Assembly (NCBI GenBank): GCA_016184365.1
Contig: JACPCW010000075.1
Coordinates: forward strand, 81,617 to 145,616
Length of the DNA: 64,000 nucleotides
Source of the DNA: Candidatus Rokuibacteriota bacterium
Lineage (GTDB): Bacteria; Methylomirabilota; Methylomirabilia; Rokubacteriales; CSP1-6
Direction of reading: 5' to 3'
The notes under the pieces are model-generated. The model had not been told where the DNA came from, ran no database searches, and was given only the letters and a program-made list of their open reading frames with translations. Below, piece by piece: positions 59,596-64,000 of the stretch. Numbering within the stretch: the first letter of the stretch is position 1; every line of letters begins with the position of its first letter. The position numbers were made by a program, and so were the translations under genes.

Positions 59596-60161
59596 ACGAT
59601 CGATTCGACCGCGCGCAGGCGTGGTCGCTGCTGACCGAGTTCACGAAGGGCGAGTCACTGCGGAAGCACGCGCGCGCGGTCGAGGCGTCGATGCGCGCGT
59701 ACGCGGCGCGATACGACGCCGACGCCGACCGCTGGGGCGTCGCCGGGATGCTCCACGACTTCGACTACGAGATGCACCCGCGCGCGCCGCATCATCCGAT
59801 GAAGGGCGCGGAAATCCTGCGTGCCCGCGGCGTGCCCGACGACGTCGTGTACGCGATCCTCGCGCACGCCGACTATTCCGGGATGCCGCGCACGTCGCTG
59901 CTGGATCGGGCGCTCTACGCGTGCGACGAGCTCACGGGCTTCGTGCACGCGTGCGCGCTCGTCCGGCCCGGCAAGGTCGTGACGGGTCTCGATCCGTCGT
60001 CGGTCAGGAAGAAGCTCAAGGACAAGGCGTTCGCGCGGACGGTGAACCGGGACGACGTGTATCGCGGAGCCACCGAGCTCGGGGTCGACCTGGACGCGCA
60101 CATCGCGTTCGTCGTTTCCGCGCTCACCGACGTCGCGCCGGACGTCGGTCTCTCACGCTAG
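59562..60161 (+). CDS. HD-domain phosphohydrolase (YqeK-like); N-terminus and start codon embedded in REP copy 8
   Basis: …AWSLLTEFTKGESLRKHARAVEASMR…GMLHDFDY has the H…HD motifs. There is no conventional start between the REP and the domain. The in-frame candidates are GTG 59562 and ATG 59505/59481, all inside or between the repeats. Confidence 0.5.
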   Translation: MGVWGPCRGPQHDRFDRAQAWSLLTEFTKGESLRKHARAVEASMRAYAARYDADADRWGVAGMLHDFDYEMHPRAPHHPMKGAEILRARGVPDDVVYAILAHADYSGMPRTSLLDRALYACDELTGFVHACALVRPGKVVTGLDPSSVRKKLKDKAFARTVNRDDVYRGATELGVDLDAHIAFVVSALTDVAPDVGLSR

Positions 60162-60217
60162 ACCGCGCGTTCCGCCCGGCCAGCGCGCCGGACGCCGCGC
60201 CGACGGGAGGGCATAGC

Positions 60218-61396
60218 GTGGTGGAGCGGCATCGCGCGATCGCGCACGTCGACATGGACGCGTTCTACGCGTCCGTCGAGCAGCGGGACCGCCCGGAGCT
60301 GCGCGGTCGCCCGGTGGTCGTCGGCGCCGATCCGGGTGGACGTGGCGTGGTGTCCGCCGCGTCCTACGAGGCGCGCGTCTTCGGCGTCCGCTCCGCGATG
60401 CCGATCTCGAAGGCGGTGCGGCTCTGCCCGCAGGCCGCCTTCGTTCCGGTCGACATGCCGAAGTACCAGGCCGTCTCGGCGGAGATCATGGCGATCCTGG
60501 CCGACTTCTCGCCCGTCGTCGAGCCGCTGTCCGTCGACGAGGCGTTCGTGGATCTCACGGGAACGGATCGCCTCCACGGCACGCCGGTGGACGCCGTCGC
60601 GGCCATGAAGACACGCATCCGGTGCGAGACGGGGCTGACCGCGTCGGCCGGCCTCGCGCCGAACAAGTTCCTCGCGAAGGTGGCGTCGGACCTCCGGAAG
60701 CCCGATGGCCTCGTCGTCGTTGCGCCGGGCGAGGAAGCCGCGTTCCTCGCACCGCTCGGCGTCGAGCGTATCTGGGGCGTCGGCAAGGTGACGGCCGCGG
60801 AGCTGGCGACGCTCGGGATCCGGACGGTCGGTCAGCTGCAGCGCCTGTCGCCGGCGGTGCTGACGCGGCGGTTCGGCGCCGCTCACGGCGCACACCTCGC
60901 GGACCTCGCGGTCGGACGCGACGATCGTCCGGTGGAGCCGTTCTCGCCGCCGAAGTCGATGGGCGCCGAGACGACGTTCGACGTCGACACCCGCGACCGC
61001 AGCCGGCTCGAAGTCGAGCTGCGCGCACAGGCCGAGCGTGTGGCGCGGGAGCTCAGATCGGAGGCTCTCGCGGGCGCGTGCATCACGCTGAAGCTTCGTC
61101 TCGTGCCGTGGCAGACGCTGACGCGGAGTCACACCGCCGACCCGACGCAGGACGGCCTGGAGATCTACCGGCGCGCGCAGACGCTGCTGTCGAGAGAACC
61201 GCTCGACCGGCCGGTTCGCCTCATCGGTGTGTCGGTCTCGCACCTCGGGCCGGCGGCCGCAGGCCAGCTGGACCTTCTCGATCCCGCCGCCCTCCGGCGC
61301 GAGCGGCTCGCGCACGTCGTCGATCGTCTCGCACGGCGCTTCGGCGACGGCGTCGTCAAGCCGGCGAGCCTGCTCGACCCCGAACACCCGTCGTAA
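60218..61396 (+). CDS. dinB: DNA polymerase IV
   Basis: IAHVDMDAFYASVEQRDRPEL…SIDEAFLDL-like and …GVGKVTAAELATLGIRTVGQL. GGGAGGG RBS and GTG start. Confidence 0.8.
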   Translation: MVERHRAIAHVDMDAFYASVEQRDRPELRGRPVVVGADPGGRGVVSAASYEARVFGVRSAMPISKAVRLCPQAAFVPVDMPKYQAVSAEIMAILADFSPVVEPLSVDEAFVDLTGTDRLHGTPVDAVAAMKTRIRCETGLTASAGLAPNKFLAKVASDLRKPDGLVVVAPGEEAAFLAPLGVERIWGVGKVTAAELATLGIRTVGQLQRLSPAVLTRRFGAAHGAHLADLAVGRDDRPVEPFSPPKSMGAETTFDVDTRDRSRLEVELRAQAERVARELRSEALAGACITLKLRLVPWQTLTRSHTADPTQDGLEIYRRAQTLLSREPLDRPVRLIGVSVSHLGPAAAGQLDLLDPAALRRERLAHVVDRLARRFGDGVVKPASLLDPEHPS

Positions 61397-61483
61397 GCGC
61401 GCGAAATCGCGGGCGCGGTTTGCGCGCCTCGGGAGCATCGGCTACACTCGGCCGCGCACGACATTTCGTCGCCCGGAGCGTCC

Positions 61484-62239
61484 ATGGATCGGCCGATCGC
61501 CTACGACAAGCTCGCACGTGAAAATCGCTTCGTCCGCATGCGGGCTCGCGACGTCGGCGAGCTGCGCGTGGAGCAGGGGCTCGCGCCGTTCCCCGATCTG
61601 GCCTCGCCGGAATCGATCCGCGAGCGCGTGCACGGCATCATGGTCGGCGAGCTGCAGGCCATGGAAGGCGCCGGACGCAGCGTCTACGATTTCCCGGACG
61701 CGCCGTGGGAGTTCACCATGGACATGGCGCGCCAGGTCTGGGACGAGTCGCGCCACGTCGAGATCTACCTCGCGCTGATCGATCACCTGGGCGGCTACGC
61801 CGGGGAGTTCCCGGAGACGACGATCCTGTGGCGCTGCGCCTGCGCCGAGGACGCCGCGGCGCGCGTCGCGGGCGTCAACCGCGGGCTCGAAGGCCTGGCG
61901 TGCGACGTCTTCGCCCAGCTGATCCACATCGCGAAGAAGATCGGCGACCCCGTGATCGAGCGTGCCGTCGACTTCGTGCTCGCCGACGAGATCACGCACG
62001 TCCGCATGGGCTCGCGCTGGCTCAACGAGCTGACGCGCGACGATCCCGAGCGCCGCCGCCGCGCCGTCGAGTTCCAGGATTCGATCGACGAGCGCTTCAA
62101 CCTCGGCGGCGCGCGGCGCGACGGCGCGCCGGAAGAGGTCGGCATCTCGATCGCGAAGGACGCCCGCCGTCTCGCCGGATTCACGGACGAGGAAATCGAG
62201 CGCCTGATCAAGTCCACGCAACGCTCGCCGGTTTATTAG
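61484..62239 (+). CDS. ferritin-like di-iron domain protein (DUF455-like)
   Basis: Two ExxH motifs (DESRHVE…, DEITHV…). Confidence 0.45.
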   Translation: MDRPIAYDKLARENRFVRMRARDVGELRVEQGLAPFPDLASPESIRERVHGIMVGELQAMEGAGRSVYDFPDAPWEFTMDMARQVWDESRHVEIYLALIDHLGGYAGEFPETTILWRCACAEDAAARVAGVNRGLEGLACDVFAQLIHIAKKIGDPVIERAVDFVLADEITHVRMGSRWLNELTRDDPERRRRAVEFQDSIDERFNLGGARRDGAPEEVGISIAKDARRLAGFTDEEIERLIKSTQRSPVY

Positions 62240-62241
62240 AT

Positions 62242-62305
62242 GGGGGGCCCCGACATGGCCCCCCATACCCCCCGTCGCTCGGAACGCCCGCGGCGAAGCC
62301 GCGGT
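62242..62305 (-). repeat. REP/MITE-like palindromic element, copy 9 (reverse orientation)
   Basis: Reverse complement reads …ccgcggcttcgccgcgggcgttccgagcgacggggggtatggggggccatgtcggggccccca. Confidence 0.6.
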
Positions 62306-62336
62306 CGTCCTCGAACTCCGTGGCCGTGATTCGCTC

Positions 62337-63293
62337 GTGACCTCGTCCCCGCTCGCCGGCGAGTTCTCGGTCGAGCTCTCGGGGCGGGTCATCCGCCATT
62401 ACCGGTACGCCGAGGAGCGGATGATGCGCACGATGGGCGGGTGGATCGCGCTCACTGCCGAGCTGCCCGCCAAGCTCGTGCTCGGCCGCCACGTCTGGGA
62501 CTGCGCGCAGCACGCCGATCTCTGGGGGCGCCGGTTACCGGAGCTTCGCGCAGCGGCGCAGAAATCCGAGCCGCCGAACGAGGCCTTCGTCCGCTTCATG
62601 GATCTGCTCGAGCGTCCGGAGGACCGGGACCAGACCGTCGAGCGCCTCGTCGGCGTCTATCGCGTGCTCAAGCCGCATCTCGTCGCGGCGTACGAGCGGC
62701 ATCTCGAGCGCGCCAATCCGGTGTACGAGCCGCCGACGCGCCGGATCCTCGAGCGCGTCATTCCGGAGGAACGGCGTCACGTCGCCGCCGGTCTCCAGGT
62801 GATCGCGCGTCTCGGTGAATCGCCGCGCGTCGCCGAGTGGACGCGCCGGCTGGCGGACGCGCTCGCCGAGGCGGGCGGTGTCACCGGTGACGGCACCTCG
62901 CCCGCGCTCGTGACCATCGACGTCGACGGTGTGAACACCGCCGGCGACCTCGTCGCGCTCGATTCCGCGTTCGACGTCACGAAGGTGGAACCGGACCTGC
63001 GCGGCCGTGTCGAAGCGCACGGCCGCGCGCTGATCGAGGGCGACGCCGCCGGGATTGCGGCCGACGTCGCGCCGGACGCTCGGGATGCGGTGCTCGGCGC
63101 GTACGCGCGCCTGCCGCGCGGGGCGAACGCCACGGAGATCGTCGGCTGTGCGCGCCTCGGCGCCCAGCGAGTGGTGAAGACGCGGCTGTCGGGCCCGCCC
63201 GGAAGCGTCGTCATCCAGCAGCGCTGGCAGCGTGACGGCGCCGCCTGGCGGGTCGTGGCGGCCGATGTCGTCGGCGCCGAGCGCCCCGCGTAG
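62337..63293 (+). CDS. ferritin-like domain protein with an extra C-terminal domain (paralogue of the upstream gene)
   Basis: AEER…CAQHADLW…EERRH are di-iron-type motifs. The C-terminal 120 aa are unassigned. Confidence 0.4.
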   Translation: MTSSPLAGEFSVELSGRVIRHYRYAEERMMRTMGGWIALTAELPAKLVLGRHVWDCAQHADLWGRRLPELRAAAQKSEPPNEAFVRFMDLLERPEDRDQTVERLVGVYRVLKPHLVAAYERHLERANPVYEPPTRRILERVIPEERRHVAAGLQVIARLGESPRVAEWTRRLADALAEAGGVTGDGTSPALVTIDVDGVNTAGDLVALDSAFDVTKVEPDLRGRVEAHGRALIEGDAAGIAADVAPDARDAVLGAYARLPRGANATEIVGCARLGAQRVVKTRLSGPPGSVVIQQRWQRDGAAWRVVAADVVGAERPA

Positions 63294-64000
63294 TGTTCCG
63301 TGCCGTTCTCGTTGCGAACCGGGGCGAGATCGCCCGTCGGATCATCCGCGGCTGCCACGCGGTCGGCGTCCGCGCGATCGCGGTGTACTCGGAAGCGGAT
63401 CGCGACGCGCCGCACGTGCGCGATGCCGATGACGCCGTCGCCATCGGCCCGGCGCCCGCACGCGACAGCTATCTGAGCGGCGCCGCGATTCTCGACGCCG
63501 CGCGCGGCGCCGGCGCCGACGCGATCCATCCGGGCTACGGATTTCTCAGCGAGAACTGGCAATTCGCCGAGGCGTGCGGCAAGGCCGGCTTCGTCTTCAT
63601 CGGGCCGCCCCCGGACGCGATCCGCCAGATGGGCGACAAGACCGAGGCGCGCCGGGCGATGGCCGCGGCCGGTGTGCCCGTGCTTCCGGGCAGCGACGGC
63701 CCGTCGGCCGACGTCGCGCAGGCGCTCGGCGTCGCCGAGCGTGTCGGATTTCCGGTGATGCTCAAGGCGGCCGCCGGCGGGGGTGGCATCGGCATGGCGC
63801 GCGCAGCGGACCCCGCGGAGCTCGAGCGCTCGTTCGCGTCGGCGAGCCGGCGCGCGCAGTCCGCGTTCGGTGTCGGCGCGCTCTACGTGGAGCGTTATCT
63901 CGCCCGGCCGCGACACGTCGAGGTCCAGATCTTCGGCGACGGGCGCGGCGACGTCGTGCATCTGCACGAGCGCGAGTGCTCGGTGCAGCGCCGCCACCAG
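63293..64000 (+). CDS. biotin carboxylase / acyl-CoA carboxylase alpha subunit (N-terminal part, continues beyond window)
   Basis: VFRAVLVANRGEIARRIIR…GYGFLSEN…MLKAAAGGGGIGM are the biotin-carboxylase N-domain and ATP-grasp motifs. Confidence 0.75.
   Translation, partial: MFRAVLVANRGEIARRIIRGCHAVGVRAIAVYSEADRDAPHVRDADDAVAIGPAPARDSYLSGAAILDAARGAGADAIHPGYGFLSENWQFAEACGKAGFVFIGPPPDAIRQMGDKTEARRAMAAAGVPVLPGSDGPSADVAQALGVAERVGFPVMLKAAAGGGGIGMARAADPAELERSFASASRRAQSAFGVGALYVERYLARPRHVEVQIFGDGRGDVVHLHERECSVQRRHQ

Overview
High-GC (roughly 70%) bacterial chromosomal window, densely coding on both strands. Many adjacent genes share 4-nt ATGA/GTGA start/stop overlaps. No rRNA, tRNA or CRISPR array was seen.

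Gene content, start to end:
- A disrupted tandem acyl-CoA dehydrogenase locus at the left edge.
- A remnant diversity-generating retroelement (DGR) at 3.7-5.3 kb: an FGE/C-type-lectin-fold fragment fused in frame to a DGR-type reverse transcriptase, followed by an Avd-like four-helix-bundle gene and a VapBC toxin-antitoxin pair.
- Amidohydrolase, NUDIX hydrolase, a HadAB-like hot-dog dehydratase pair, a TauE exporter and two MFS transporters.
- A UGSC-family selenoprotein gene with an in-frame TGA and a hairpin immediately downstream, overlapping a conserved partner gene.
- A lower-GC toxin-antitoxin islet (HicAB, DUF4160/DUF2442, DinB-family).
- A peptide-type ABC locus with two paralogous substrate-binding proteins, two permeases and no ATPase, next to an amidase and an MR/MLE enolase-superfamily gene.
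- TlpA-CcdA, thrB fused by overlap to a long dCTP-deaminase-like gene, and an isolated pup (C-terminal GGE) with an FmdB zinc-ribbon gene.
- LysR, a Sec-containing selD (TGA at codon 17 with a perfect palindromic hairpin), phnDCEE, and a MoxR-DUF58-giant triple-vWA-TPR operon of the Bat aerotolerance type, whose vWA gene is broken by a poly-G frameshift.
- gdhA, a complete iscR-iscS-iscU-iscA-hscB-hscA-fdx-iscX operon with a candidate IscR box, a DsrEFH/TusBCD-like trio, nifS, a nifU-like gene, cysE, an HD hydrolase, dinB (Pol IV), two ferritin-like paralogues and the start of a biotin carboxylase.

The most striking sequence-level feature is a family of about 9 intergenic copies of a 60-70 bp REP/MITE-like element. 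Its invariant core is the hairpin GGGGGCCATGTCGGGGCCCCC, and its 5' hairpin varies in sequence while staying palindromic. Copies occur in both orientations, once as a tandem pair, and once between dsrE and dsrF.

All calls rest on reading the translations and the DNA by eye. No database search was run.
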